Positions 1 to 13,195 of a stretch of 64,000 nucleotides of DNA are shown piece by piece. Origin of the DNA: Balanoglossus misakiensis (lineage: Eukaryota > Animalia > Hemichordata); assembly GCA_040954595.2 (NCBI GenBank), contig CM082593.2, positions 814,801-878,800 on the forward strand. The letters run 5' to 3'. Positions within the stretch are counted from its first letter, which is position 1, and each line of letters opens with the position of its first letter. The translations under genes and the position numbers were made by a program. A model generated the notes under the pieces. The model worked only from the letters and a program-made list of their open reading frames with translations. It was not told the origin of the DNA and ran no database searches.

Positions 1-1329
1 TCGTGATGGAATACCGCGTACCCGTCTGTCGTCAAGGAAACGTGCGGTTTATTTACCACATTAAAGACTCTGGTGGCGTGGAATTTGTGATATGTAGCTT
101 GTAAGGAAACTGGATAAATTGACATAACCAAATTTGGGTAGGGGTAAAAAATGGTTGCAATGATGTAAGTTTTAATAAACGTCGGAGCGATTTCGTTTAT
201 TTTTTGTCTATTGGCAAATTCGCACGTTTCTTTGCGATGCTAAAGTTCACCGCTGCGAAAATGTTTACAAGACTTTCCCTCATCATCTCCTTCCTTGTTA
301 CGTATATACTGCATGCAAGCAGGAACTACGTCAGTACCGCATCCGAAAGTTCAATCTAAGTCTGCAGCGTCTGCATCTACTTGAAAGTTTGCTTTTATTT
401 ATGCGTCTCAATATTTTCTCAACTTTCTCAGCATTTTATATGAAAGCATTTGGTCCGCTTTCCTTTATTCTGGTCTACGGGGTAATACTGGTATCTCAGT
501 CTAATCTTGTCTGTCGTCAATGTTCGTCGATTCGTGTTATAGGATCACTGTATTTTGTTTACCTTTAGCGTGTGTCTATTAAAAGTAGGTTCCCATCGAC
601 GAAGGTGTGGTTGATACGTGGGCATGTACGTGATCGCATGCGGGCGACTGATAAAGTAAGGCGCGTCGTACCGGTTCGCTTTGTGGTACACGGTATTATG
701 TCATGAACATCACACAAAAATGTCAAAACTTCGCTCGCACAAATAGTAAATCTAGGTGGCAACTACATTTTTGGGCGAATTACTATACGTAGGCCTAATG
801 TGTGGCCAGGTTGCAACTGTTCAGCCAATCTCGCAGAGAGTGGGCGCACCTATCTGCTCACGTGCGCACGTTTTGTATCGGAGCCAGCGGGCTTATCTGA
901 GTCGTAGATTATCAGTTTTCTTCAACTGTTCAATGAAAATCTCTACAAAAATTTTACCCGCTCCTGTAGGTCTATTTGTTTTGCCCATCTCACCACGTAA
1001 ACTAAACACATGCGGCTTAACGTGAAGTTCTAGGCCTACTGCGGCGGCATGGGCAGGCGCACCTTAAGCCTGGTAAAAGGGAATCACATCTTGGATGGCC
1101 GACATTTCAGAGTTTGCCGAATAAGGAAATTGATAGACCCTACGTCATTAGGCCTAGTACTATGATGACGAACTTGATTTAAAATAGCAACTCCGCCTGA
1201 ATATTTTATTTTGGGGAAACTCCCATTCTAAAAATATTTGTAGTTCTCAGTAATTGAGGTAAGGGCAACCCGAACAAAACACTTTCAAATAGCAACAACA
1301 CATTATTAACCACTCCCCTCGTACAGAAG

Positions 1330-1430
1330 TTGCCGGAACTGAGGGTGGCCTTTTCTTGTATGTGGTCCGCCCTGTGCGATTGGCCAATGACGTGTTGGTG
1401 ACTGACTGACTCGGTATGCACTCAGTTTCC
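1330..1430 (+). promoter_or_regulatory. Putative TATA-less main promoter of the neuregulin-like gene
   Basis: CpG-richer region with an ETS-like CCGGAA (1333), GC box CCGCCC (1367-1372), back-to-back ATTGG/CCAAT (1379-1388), a TGACGT half-CRE (1388-1393) and an Inr-like TCAGTT (1422-1427), about 370 bp upstream of the ATG at 1797. Motif inference only. Confidence 0.5.
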
Positions 1431-1796
1431 GACCAAACTTCCGAGACGTTTGATGTCTTTCCGGCGCAAACGCATCAATCAGTTTGATATGTTTGCCAAG
1501 TCGAAGAAATAGACCTAATTTCAGATTGTGAACAGAATGAATGCAGCCAGGGATTTAAATAACAACGAGAAAGGCCGCAACTTGCAACTCAAAGTTGACT
1601 AAGTTTTTCCGCAATTACGTCTGAGGTCAAAGGTCAAAGTACAAACGTCACTTCCCATTGCATGCCCGAGAATATTGCTTGGCTAGGTACACAACACGGC
1701 TGTCAGAACCTCCGCCTACTCCCAACAACTCATGGACTTGTACGCCGTTATTTCGGGCCATTCTAACCCAGACGTTGGACCCGTGAACATCCAGTT

Positions 1797-2193
1797 ATGG
1801 AGAGGAACTCAATAGTGATCTGCTTGTGTGCTTTGATCGCGTTTTGCGCGGCATGTACGACGGACTCGGAACTCAGCATCGAGTTAAAAACCTACAGGGC
1901 TCCGGTAGTATTGGAAGGAGTTATTCAGAGGACAGACGAGAGCACAAACTCAGTGACGGTCCGTGTGAAGAAGTCATTTAGACCAGAGGAAACATTTGTT
2001 GAAGTTATTGATATCTCAGGATTTGGTACAGATGAACCATGTATCATAAATGCAGATGAACTGCAAATTGATGAAACATACATTTTTTTTATTCGCGAAG
2101 ATGCGGACGATATCTTCTTCGTGGAATCAAACCCAGTTCCTTCAACGAGAGACGTAACGCGAGCAGTTCGCAAAATTGCTTGTGACGGTTGCG
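1797..2193 (+). CDS. nrg: Neuregulin-like gene, first coding exon: signal peptide plus NtA-like (agrin N-terminal / NRG2-type) domain
   Basis: MERNSIVICLCALIAFCAAC is a hydrophobic leader. YRAPVVLEGVIQ resembles the NRG2 N-terminal YKAPVVVEGKVQ, and ISGFG...C...ETYIFFI resembles agrin NtA (both recalled). Ends TGC G|GTAAGT (phase 1). Confidence 0.85.
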
Positions 2194-5100
2194 GTAAGTG
2201 AAAACTTGTGCGGGCATATGTCATCGGTACTTTTGCAAGAAATTTGCAAGTACTTGCGCTAGATGACAAATTCCTCCACGTTCAAATTTGACAGATCAAT
2301 TATATTGTGTGCTGCAGACCGCGTACATGATAAACATGAGTACACGCGATTTGACCTCTAAAGCTTTATATATTGTTGGCTACTCTTCAAGAGAGCGTGC
2401 AAATACCTGTGCAGAGCGAGGTTTTGATTTGCAAATCAGATCAACACTTTTTAAAGATACAATCAACACCCCTACCCTGGCGAGAAACGTGTCTAAGTCA
2501 TGTTCTAGTGGAGGTGTCACTCCGTTTTTCAAACTATTACGAAATAGTAAGAAATTTGCGTGGTTTGCACTTAGAGGGTTGTTGGTGTTGTTAGTAACCA
2601 TGTACGTTTCGTGTGGTACTCAACTGTTGTCCATTGCAACAAACTCAAAGATCTGAAACTGACATGATCTTCGAGCGAGTTCAGCTGGAATTGACGTTGT
2701 GCCAGACGTGTAAATGAGTGTCAGTCAGTCAAATTAATAAGTATTCACGTGGTGGCGTGCGAACGGGGTTCAAATAAGGTTGACTGAGCTCGTGTAGTGT
2801 ACGTGAATCTGCCGTGTCTATTTCAGTCATGTCAATTTCACGTTACGAAATCAGCCAACCTTTGTGAATTCTGTATCCACAACACTCCTACACATAAATA
2901 GCTTTTATTTAAACATTGTGTATTATCGAATAGCGGTAAATAATTTATGAAAGAAAAGATTTCGGGCTCAAAATATGTAAGGTATGTGCTTTTAATTCCC
3001 GCCCCCACGCAGGCATTTTTTCCTGCTTCACCGCAGCCATCGTGGAGCGCCCAGTCACCGTGATAGAACCACTTCAGGTTTTTCCCAGTCTCTCAGACTT
3101 CCACATTCCCCTTGACTCCAGGAAATGATACTTAAACAGTACACATGTTAAATTAATCAAGTCTCTTTTACACTGTCCTGATATAAACAGTAGTCTGCCA
3201 TGCCAAATAAATAAATATATCAGAAAAAAAAAAATCAAAATTGTTGGTGATATGCCAAACTGCTGAAGCTTCACAAATTGACCATGTCATCGCTCCAGGC
3301 ACACAGCGGATATATGTAGTACAAACTGTCAAACCATGTGTATCAAGGTTGATGTTCTGTGTTCCGACTGATCATTGACTATTCTACTCAGCAGAATCAT
3401 TTGTAGACATTCTAAGTAATACCCACGTCTAGCAACATTCAGTGTTTTGGCCCTTGTTGTGAGGGCTTCAAGTAGTTACAATGGGATCAGTTTGTTTTAG
3501 GGATTTATTTTACTGTTATTATCTGTTTACCTCTGTTTGATTACTCATTGTAATTACTGAAGTTACAAATTACCAAGTCAGCAACAGGACACTGCTAGAC
3601 TGGTATAAGCCATTATACCAAAACAAAAATGAATACAGAAAATTTAGTGCCAGAATCACAGTATAGGTGTTGGGTGAAGATGTTAAAAGTCCTATTTCTG
3701 GAATGTACAGAACGGAATGTTGTAATGGGGGGGGGGGGGGGGAATTTGTGCTGGATGTTTGACCCATGTCATATCACCATCTATAGATAAACTCAGGTGT
3801 GCTAGGTATAGAATTAACATTTTGTTTTTGTTTAAATTTTAGCCATTGGGTTTATCATAGTATTGTGAATGAGTCCTGCCACACTCAATTGCCGACTGGA
3901 AGCCTAAACGAAGTTATTTGTGTTTAGTGAGAAAATAGGGTGGTTTGCTGTCTTTAGAATATAATGGGAAGAAATAGTCTTGTGTTCTTTGACAATTCTT
4001 GCTATAAATAATCTTCTTTCACATCAAGGTTCTTAGCCATTTCAATCCTATTTCTTATACCTGTATGTACAGGTAGTTTAGTGACAACAATAGGGTTATA
4101 GACAGGAACCAGGGCTCATGGAGAAATTGGTTGTCTGTGGAACTATGGCAAGGCACAAGATAAAGTTGTAGGTTGCGTTGAGGAGCAGGAACAGATATTC
4201 TTTTTGAACCCCCTGTCATTTTAACCTTCAGTCTAAATGAAAAGGTCATCACAGCTTTGCCATGGCGATACAGTAGGTCAGTGACCCCTTGGACCCCTTG
4301 ATAAGATGGAGGTGGGTGGTATTGATGGGTGCAGCGTGTGTGTGTGCGTTCATGTGTGTGTGTGACACCCAGTGTGTGTGCGTGTGTGTGTTAGAATAAC
4401 CATATAATTTGCATGCTTATGTATATTTCAGTGCAAAAGCATTCTGGCAGGTATGAGATTGCATTGATGTACCTGTGTATAGGTCACAGATGCAACTTAA
4501 CCACCCCCCCCCCCCCCCCAGCAAAAGTTACTTTTCAGAATTGTTTTTTCCAATTCAAGAGTAAGCTCAATATTTTACCTATTGGCCCAATACTGTAACT
4601 GTTCCCATGGCATCACCCAATCACGGACATGATGTCGTCTGTTATGAAACGAAAATCGATTTGAAATCTTTTTTTGTTTTGTCAACTGAATGAGTAACAG
4701 GTTTTATTCAGCAATGATACATTTGCTCTTTTGAAGGGCTCTTTTGAGTTTTGTCAAAAGAGAGAGAGAGTGGGGGGTCTAGAAAGAAATAAGCTTGGAC
4801 TGCAAATTCCAAGCTTCTCTATCTGGGGAGATTTAAGTAATCGAGTGCATGGAATGCAATGCAGTGAATGAATGCCTGGGCTAGGATTTTGTACCCAGTC
4901 AGGTTTTGTAAAGCTTCCATTCTACTGCAAACCATTGCCTTGTTCTGCAATGGTCACTTTGGATACCGTATTACATAATTTGATTGGGGAGGTCCATTTG
5001 TGACTGCTTGAGTCCCTGGGTGTGGGCCTTTTTGCAGTCCCTCTGCTCTAGAGTCTGTATTCTTTGTGTTCATATCACCATGACATGCCTTTGTCTTGCC

Positions 5101-6544
5101 ATCTCCTCATCTGTAATTTGATGTAAATGTGGGCTTTCCCATGTATCAGATGAGTTGGCCGTCATCTGTGCGGTTGAGGTGGCAGTTAATTCCTGCTATT
5201 GGCATTCTTTAGCTGTCCAAGTTATCCTGAAATTGGTTCCGTGAGAATGCTTACTATCCTTCAAGTTCAATTGACTGTCTGCAGTGTTCCTCATCATACT
5301 GTTTCCTGATATTAAAGGAATCAATCTGATATAAAATATTATGTGAGGGGGCCCGGGGTAACATACTTTTGGAGAGATTTTCAGAGAAATTGACGTTCTT
5401 TAAGGTTGTTCTTTAGCTTTCAGTGTATACAAAGCAATGTGTGGTGTCATTACCAAAAAACCTCAGCAACCCCAAAATGGCATTTACCACTATTTTAAGT
5501 AAATTAACAACTTAACTCCCCACCCCCTGCAGAGTTAATACAAAGTGTTTAAGCCCATGGCCAGCTCACATTTGTAGATTGAAATGTCTCAAATTACAGT
5601 GCTTGGAGAACAATTGGATGTCCTTAAAATCTGCTTGTAGTCATAAATTTATCTGGTTTTGTAACAATGGAGTTTGTTTTATGGTTGTCCTATTGCTGTC
5701 TGGGGGTTTCTATAAAACGCTAGTCTAGACAAGTCATAACTGAACCAGGGAGTCCAACTTGACTTCTGGTATGTGCGTAGGTGGGTATTTTCAATGACAG
5801 AGTTGTGTTGGTGTCCGCATCGGAAACAAGAGTCTTGGATTTCTGTTGCGTTTAGTCAAGAACAGTTGTGCCAGTTGAGAAATTTGGACCAACCCAAGTT
5901 TTTACAGATTAATTGATTGCCTTAGTATCTTGACTGCCTTTTGGCTTTGTAACATACCAGGTACCATCCTGCATAAAACTGTATTTCCCAGCATGCATTG
6001 TGCAGAATTGCATCTAACTTCGGTCAGGTAAAGTGAGTGCTGTAGTATTTTATTGAGGTGCCAAGTTCTGAAACTTTCTAAAGAAATGAGACAGAACATA
6101 ACTAGGCGTGGGTATATGTAGTTGGATGTGGAGGGGTGTCAAGGTCAAAAAAGTTTGGCTTTCATCCGAAACTGGCCATCTTGAGTTAAATAGTTAAAAC
6201 AAATTTATGCTTTGCACCTCTCTGGTTCTGTGATTTTTATTATCCTCATTAAGTTGTGAAAACTTTCTGTTGTAAACATGGTAGTGATGTTGTGGAAGGT
6301 TCCAGAACAAAGAGGGGTGTGTTTTGTCATTTGGTGTAGAAACATCAACGTCTGGTGTAAATAGCGTCAAGTCAAGCAATTTAGGTTGTCAAACAGATCA
6401 GTCTGTCTTGGCTAAGACGTAGCTGAACATACAGGCCAGGTCTGTTAAAGTTGGTCTGAAGGTGATATTGACATCAGTGGTTGTTGAATCCTATTGGCTA
6501 ACCGAACCCTGGGAAACATGACAAAATGCAGCCCTACCTTTTGT

Positions 6545-6622
6545 CCCTTTCACCCCTCCCCACAGTTCCCTTGTCATAGAAAACAATGGATTTGGGTCAA
6601 ACCATGGTGGTGAAAGGGTTAA
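6545..6622. mobile_element. Tiny TTAA/CCC-ended MITE-like element
   Basis: Inverted ends CCCTTTCACC (6545) and GGTGAAAGGG+TTAA (6609-6622). The interior is the reverse complement of related copies at 42712-43044. Confidence 0.55.
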
Positions 6623-8125
6623 GTAAGGTTATAAAATAACAATAACTCTGTCAGTGTAGAATTTAAAATACAGTTATTTTAAGAATTCTTTTCATAAAGA
6701 TCACTATAGTTTGTGAAAGGTTCTTTGACTGAAAAATGAGTTGAGGTTATGCCCTTCTGTTTTGAAAAGTACACTCTTTTCATTAAAGGTTATCTGACCA
6801 CCATTCAGGGTTGAAATGTGGGGTGTATGTAGTGTTTGTTGTATGAATGCTGATATTACCTGGATCTCCTGTAAAGGAATTCATGTCTATCTCGTTGGAA
6901 GCAGCTTCTCCCCAAATGTGAATGTCTAAAACTTTCCTGACATAACTGTGGAATTAAAACATGATGTATCCTTTGCTACAGTTCCATCTTTACATTCTTG
7001 GTCTGTCAATTAAGTGTAACATTGCCACGTTTTTCCTGTTAGACCTGCTGCTCCAAAAATTGTCTTGAAGTTGCAGAAAAAATGGAGCAAAAGAGAGTAA
7101 CATTTTCAGGGGGTATCTTACTTGACATCCTTGACTTTACCACTGAGCAAAGTTTTTTAAATTGTTGGAAAGAGCTGATGTGAGAGAAAAGATATTAAAT
7201 CAAGATGAATGAATGTGAGGCAGATGGCAAAACAAAGCAGTGAAACACATCTCTTCAGACTTTTCTAAAAATAACAGTGCAACCATGGTAGGAATGTACC
7301 AGTTACTGCTTTGATTATGCGTTTGTTTTCAAAGTCTCTTCGCCATCTTTGCTGGGCTGAAATAATGTCTTCGGGCAGATACAAGTGTATTTTGAGATGC
7401 CTGGTGTTCGCTACACAGTGTTGTTGTCAATGTTAATTAAAACTCTGCTGTGTGATTTTCAGAAAACGATAACATTAGGGAGGATAGTCAGTGTCAGAAT
7501 TTCTCGCTGTAAGTGCATTTTAATCAAATATTTATTGATTAGACGGGGGAGGCCCGTCAGTGGGTGGTTGGTTTCTGCCAACAAGGAACCGAGATATTGA
7601 AATAATCATGAAAAGTGAAAGTGATGTGTGTAATAATTATTTGATGAAATTTCCTTTTCGATTGTCCTTCCTGTTAATGGTTGCTGACTCAATTTTCGGG
7701 AAATGCGTCACTGGTCTCTCATAAAAAAATGATATTTACTTCTTTGTAGTGCGTGTGATTTTGCGGAAATATATGTTATTGCTTGTTTATTACTTTATTA
7801 GGTACTAAGTGAAGCGTTCAAGGAAAATTATGATATGAAAAAACAATTCCGGATGTTGTAGTGGCTTTGTTTTATATAAGAAGGTGAAGTTCATGGTCTT
7901 TGTTCTGACCTTCATCCGAATTAATTATTAACCACACCTCAATGACATCATCAGCGAAGACACTTCCTGTGACAACCGGTAGATGAAGTTGACTGGGAAA
8001 ATGATTGGTAATTTCAAATCAGTATGAAAGCCCTAACTTGCAAATTTCTCCTGGGAATAACAAGGTTCCTGCAAGAATTATTATTTCTCCGAGTACAAAA
8101 CAAGTTTTACTCACAAGAGATTTGC

Positions 8126-9293
8126 TTTTTAGGGCACAAGCCAAGCAGGCTTGTGCCCTATTGGTATTACTGGGGTTTTTCATCTTTTTTTTTTTCTTGT
8201 GTAGTTTTTTTGCTCAGGTAGATCTTGAAAACGGCTGAACCTACAAATCTCAAACTTGGCACAATGGTGCAGGTCTATGAGAGCTCGTGCAGTACCCTCG
8301 TGAATGTGTAATTAGTCACATGACCTGATGACCATATATGGGCAAAGTTTTCAAATGGGCCTAATTTGCATATGAATGATGATATCAAAATTCTGTGCAA
8401 TCATTTTGCGGACCATATGGTCAGTGTCCTACATGCTAAATTTCAAGGCTCTGGGCCAAGTCAATTTTGAGAAGAAGATTTTTAAATATTATATTTCATA
8501 TTTTTTGGACCCAGCCATAGGCCTATACTTTCTATAGTTAAGCTATGATGCTATGTCCACATCTGTGCAATGGTCCTGTACTGTGACTCTCTATTGGCCC
8601 GTGAGCAGAATGGGACCAAAATAAAAGGCAAAATTTTGGGCTCACCTGTAACACCTGCTTAACTCATTAATTATGTGCATACCTAATTCTGGGCTAACTA
8701 ATAGGGCTAGAGGTTTTGTGCTTGTGGGACATGGACCAGTAAAGGGTAAAAAAAAATTGCCCAAATTTTGGGTGACCTCAGGTGACCTTTGACCTACTTT
8801 CCTATATCTCGGCATCCAGAGCAGGTACAGACTTGGCGTTTGGAGGGTTGGGACTAAAATTTAAAAGCCAAAATTGAGGGTCACCTGTGACACCTGCTTA
8901 TCTCATTAATTATGTGCATACCTAATTCCAGGCCAACCAATAGGACTAGAGGTTTGGTTTTTGCTGAACATGAACCAGTATGGGGTCAAAATTTCTTGCC
9001 CAAATTTTGGGTGACCTCGGGTGACCTTTGACCTACTTTACCATATCTCGGCATGCACAGCAGCTACAGCCTTGGCATTTGGAGGGATGGAACTCCTGAT
9101 GGAGCCTTACACTTTACCTCATTAATTATGCACATACATAATTGTAGGCGAACCAATAGGCTAGAGATTTTGTTCTTGTGGGACACGGACCAGTATGGGG
9201 TCAAAATTTCTTGCCCAAATTTTGGGTGACCACTTATGACCTTTGACCTTCGGCTTAAGCTTGGGCCCGCCATCGCTGCTTGCAGCTATATTT
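8126..9293 (+). mobile_element. Non-autonomous Helentron/HINE-like element with internal ~240-bp tandem repeats
   Basis: 5' T-run, then hairpin AGGGCACAAGC..GCTTGTGCCCT (8131-8159). The 3' subterminal inverted copy GCTTGGGCCC (9259-9268) is followed by stem-loop GCTGCTTGCAGC (9275-9286) and TATATTT. Internal repeats start near 8641 and 8881, with a partial third near 9118. Confidence 0.7.
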
Positions 9294-12200
9294 GCTTTTC
9301 ATTTTTGGAAATTGAACAAGAAAATGTTATTACTCATGAAAAGCTCATTAGCACTATAGTCTATTGATGTTAATAGGGCCCTGTGTTTGTTTAAAAGTAA
9401 GGCAATAGGCAATAAGGCAATGACTTGTCGACAAACGTGTTTGCTCAAAAATTATTCAGTATCATGGTGAAATTTAATTCATTCTTGCGGCAATCGATTT
9501 TTAAAGACAGGAAATTAAAATTAAAGGTTGGATGGTTGCAACAAAAGGCAAAAGACTGCGTCGAGGGACCTTGTATTAAATTCCCAAATCTTATTTGCTG
9601 CAGGGTCTCGAGTTGAGGTTAGCAGTGTGAAGTCAATATTGTGTGGTCTTTTACTGGCCACCAGCTGAAGACCGATTTCTTCATTTGCATGTAAATTTCT
9701 ACGGGCGCAATATACAGTGGTGTCACTTTTAAGTCATCTAGGCAATGTGTGGGCTTAGTCATAAGTTTCTCTTCTAAACCTTGTTTACGAAGAAATATTG
9801 GAGTGTTGGTTTGTTTAATCATCACAGAATTGTGACTGTCAAGGTCACATCCCACTCTGTATGTCCTGTCATCCACAATTCGGTTCTGTCATCTCTCAGT
9901 GTAGCTCTGGACTTATACGCTGTTTGGGTCTCTTGATCAAATTTGTCCGCAACTTGGACTGTTGGAATCAGCTTTCCCAGACGAGCCCTCTGACACTCAT
10001 ATCACTGGAAATTTACTTTCCCCAAGTGGTGTAAAGTTCATAGGTTCAAATAATAAACACACCACATTATAACTCTTTAAGGAGCCAACGCTATAACATG
10101 ATAGTATTATTAAATCTCTGAAATATGTGTTCTATCCCCCATGGGTCACCTAGCTATGTGTGTGCCCCCATTCTGAAGGTCACACTTCATGATTTTTGAT
10201 GGAATAAACTGATATTATTATTGCAGGGATAATGGCCCCTCTTTCGTACTCTATTGGTGACCCTTGGTGATCAGTAGTGTCCATCACTGCCATTCTTCAT
10301 TTGAAAACTTCCCCTTGTCACGTTTCAGACATATATTAATGGTCTGGTGACGTGCAACAGAATGGCACTTCAGATGTTCAGGGGCTGGGTATAGTTATCA
10401 TTCAGTAGCTGCTTGGATTGCGGTCATGGTATCTGTATTTGTCCTATCTGTCGTCTGATGTAGGAGGGGGACAGTGAACTTTGACAAATGGCCACTGCAC
10501 ATCCCAGGGTTCACTTGCCACTGTCCATCGTGGGCACCAGTGGTACATTTAGTGGATGCATTCTTGCAAGTTTTAGCGAGAGTTAAAACTATTGTGTCTT
10601 AGGGGACACAGTGGTTGTATCTTTTTAGAATTCCTCCTGATTAAAACGAACTCTGATTCTCCCGCAGAAGTTAGGTATGGCTACTTGCCTCTGAGGTATG
10701 TCAGGTTCCTCTCATTGCAAAGATGACATTTCTTGATTTTCCACATGTAAAATTCATGGAATGCCACAAGACTGAAATAATCCAATACTTGGCCAGGTTT
10801 TTTTTGTTTCAAGGAAATCCACAGGAGTACAGAACTGTTTTCTTTAGTATCCTACTAATCCTAGTAAATGGAGAAATGACATTTGTCTTTCTCAAGTCAT
10901 CCATACTGGTCAGCTCCTTTTTTGCCATGGAATTCTGGACGGTTCAAGGAATGATTAACAGGTGACCATGTCATTAAAGCCAATGTATTCATCAATTAGA
11001 GCATCTACATTGTTGTCTAAATTATCTTCATTAACTTCTTGACAATTACCCCAATATCAATAGCCTTTGGTCTTTGCCGATTCCTCCCTGGCCTTCCCCC
11101 CTCCTTTAGTCTGAAATGGAAAGACAACCCTCTTATTAAACGGACAACACTATCCAAATTTAGAGTCCGAAAATTGATTTTTTTTTCACAGAGATTTTAA
11201 TGAACCTGATAGTCTTGATTCTTAACTGGAAGGACTGTTTTAATTTTGGGGGTTGTTCTTGCGAGACAAATCCTTAAAAGGTGCCCGCGATGACTTCATG
11301 CATTCAATTACAGGATTTGTTGACTTTGTGACTCCCCGGCATTTTCAACGACTAATCCAATTGACTAAAGACAAAACATAGAGAGAGTGCGGTATTCTTA
11401 ATTAAAGTCTTAATCTCTTTACTGTCTTGATTTTTTTTGTCAATCTCTGAGCGTCTGGACTGATTCTGATTCCTGAAAACCAAGCGGTGCCTTGTCAGAT
11501 TTTAAAAGTGGACTGTAATAAGTCCTCCTGTTCTATGTTCTTTTAACCTTTCTTTGTTTCCATGGCAATGGCTGAATGCAGCAAATCTTTGTGCCCTTTG
11601 GGTGACCAGTTCCAGTTTTTGTCCAGGTATACATGCATGGTTGGTTTCTTCCATTAGCGGTGTACACACTGTGACCTTCTGAACAGGAGGAAGCCTGTCT
11701 TGAGGACGGCCACTTACTTTTGGGTAGGATATCACAAGTTGAAATGTTAGTGTGTTTGTTCCGGCATCACAAGCTTATCTCCACATCAACGTTGTGTTTC
11801 AAAAGTTCGGGCGATGAACAGATCTGTGTAAAACATACACAAGTAGTTAAGGTAGCACTCATCAATGTTGTAATGCAACACATTCAAATACTTAACCATG
11901 TTTTGTATTTGCTGCTATCGTAACTGGCTACAGTGTCTCTGATTGAAAATTGAAAGCCACTAGAATGATTCCTATTGGACGGCACAACTAAGAGTGTTGC
12001 AAGACCGAGCGCTGAGATTGCATACCATTGATGAACTTGTAGGAGTTAATCAAGGCGTAGTACATGTATGTGTCTGTGACCACGTAACAGTGAGTCATTC
12101 AGACAATGGCCCAGCTTCTTCTCTTGTTTCTTAGTGACTTGATTTAATACAGTTGAGTTGGTTGAAAGAGAATGGCCAAATAAAGAGACCATTCCTTTTG

Positions 12201-13126
12201 TGTCTCAGAAACTCTTGAGTGTCTTCCAGGGAGATTCTATACCACTGCTACAAACAACGCAACCCTCATTAGTTGAAGAAAGACAGTTTGATCTGAGGTG
12301 TAGTTGAAAAACATTCCCACCATTCCATTATTTAATGTACGTTTCCCCCGTTGTAGTGCTCAAGGTTTTTTTTCACTTTCACGTTGTGGTCGAAAAGTTT
12401 TTTATCATTTTACTGACAAGTTTTGATTTGCCTGTTGGTTAAAAAAATGACCATAGTTAATCGAGGGTTTGGTGAGAACTGTTCAAGATGGTAAATCTAT
12501 CTGCTCTCATTTGTAGGTCAGTTTTACAAGAGTTCCAGAATGACTGTCCCCACATATACATGAGGTGTCAAGTAATGCTCTGAAGATTAAGACAGTTTAA
12601 TAAGATTACCCAAACTTAGACAAAAACCCAAACAAATCTCGGTGTCCTGATTTGCTCAAAAGAGGAATATGTGTGAAAGATTCTTGATAGCTGACGTTTT
12701 TCGCAACTGAGTAATTATCATGTTGAATCATGTATGGTACACCAAACACACAGAGACCATTTCATTAGTTGAAAGGAATACTCGATACTGTGAATGCAAT
12801 GGTTAATTTAACTCGGTGGAGAATTGGTAAATTTTTCGTAACTTTGGTGAATAGATAGCCTTTAGTCCAAAGATTATAGGATTTTCCTCTTGGCTGGTCT
12901 TGTAACAGTATTAGATCTACCATGCATGCTAAATGCCAGGAGGTGGTGTTGTGTGTGTGTCAGGTCTAGTAACTGTCTGTAGATTGTCGTGTTCTGAAGA
13001 TGAGTTACTTCTGGATGCCTGCACCGTCTAACTTTGGACTCACACAATCTTTCAGTCTTTTTCAAACTCTTTTTTATCATGTGTGTGGCTTGCAATTGTC
13101 TTCTGAGTTCGAAAAGTCCTTGGGCA

Positions 13127-13195
13127 TGTACTCACCGTCATCAACTAGAGTGTACTTACCATCATCGACTAGAGTGTGCTCAGTGTCATCAGCCT
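13127..13195. repeat. Short 24-bp tandem repeat, about 3 degenerate copies
   Basis: TGTACTCACCGTCATCAACTAGAG / TGTACTTACCATCATCGACTAGAG / TGTGCTCAGTGTCATCAGC. Confidence 0.7.

Noticed and set aside
261-568. Two short hydrophobic ORFs (MFTRLSLIISFLV..., MKAFGPLSFILVYGV...) resembling signal peptides
   Set aside because: They stop after about 32 and 42 codons, and I could not build a convincing splice path. T-rich DNA yields such peptides by chance.
1925-2269. 114-aa minus-strand ORF (similarly 27991-28404 minus and 43673-44119 plus)
   Set aside because: These are shadows of real coding exons on the other strand or frame, with no recognisable motifs.
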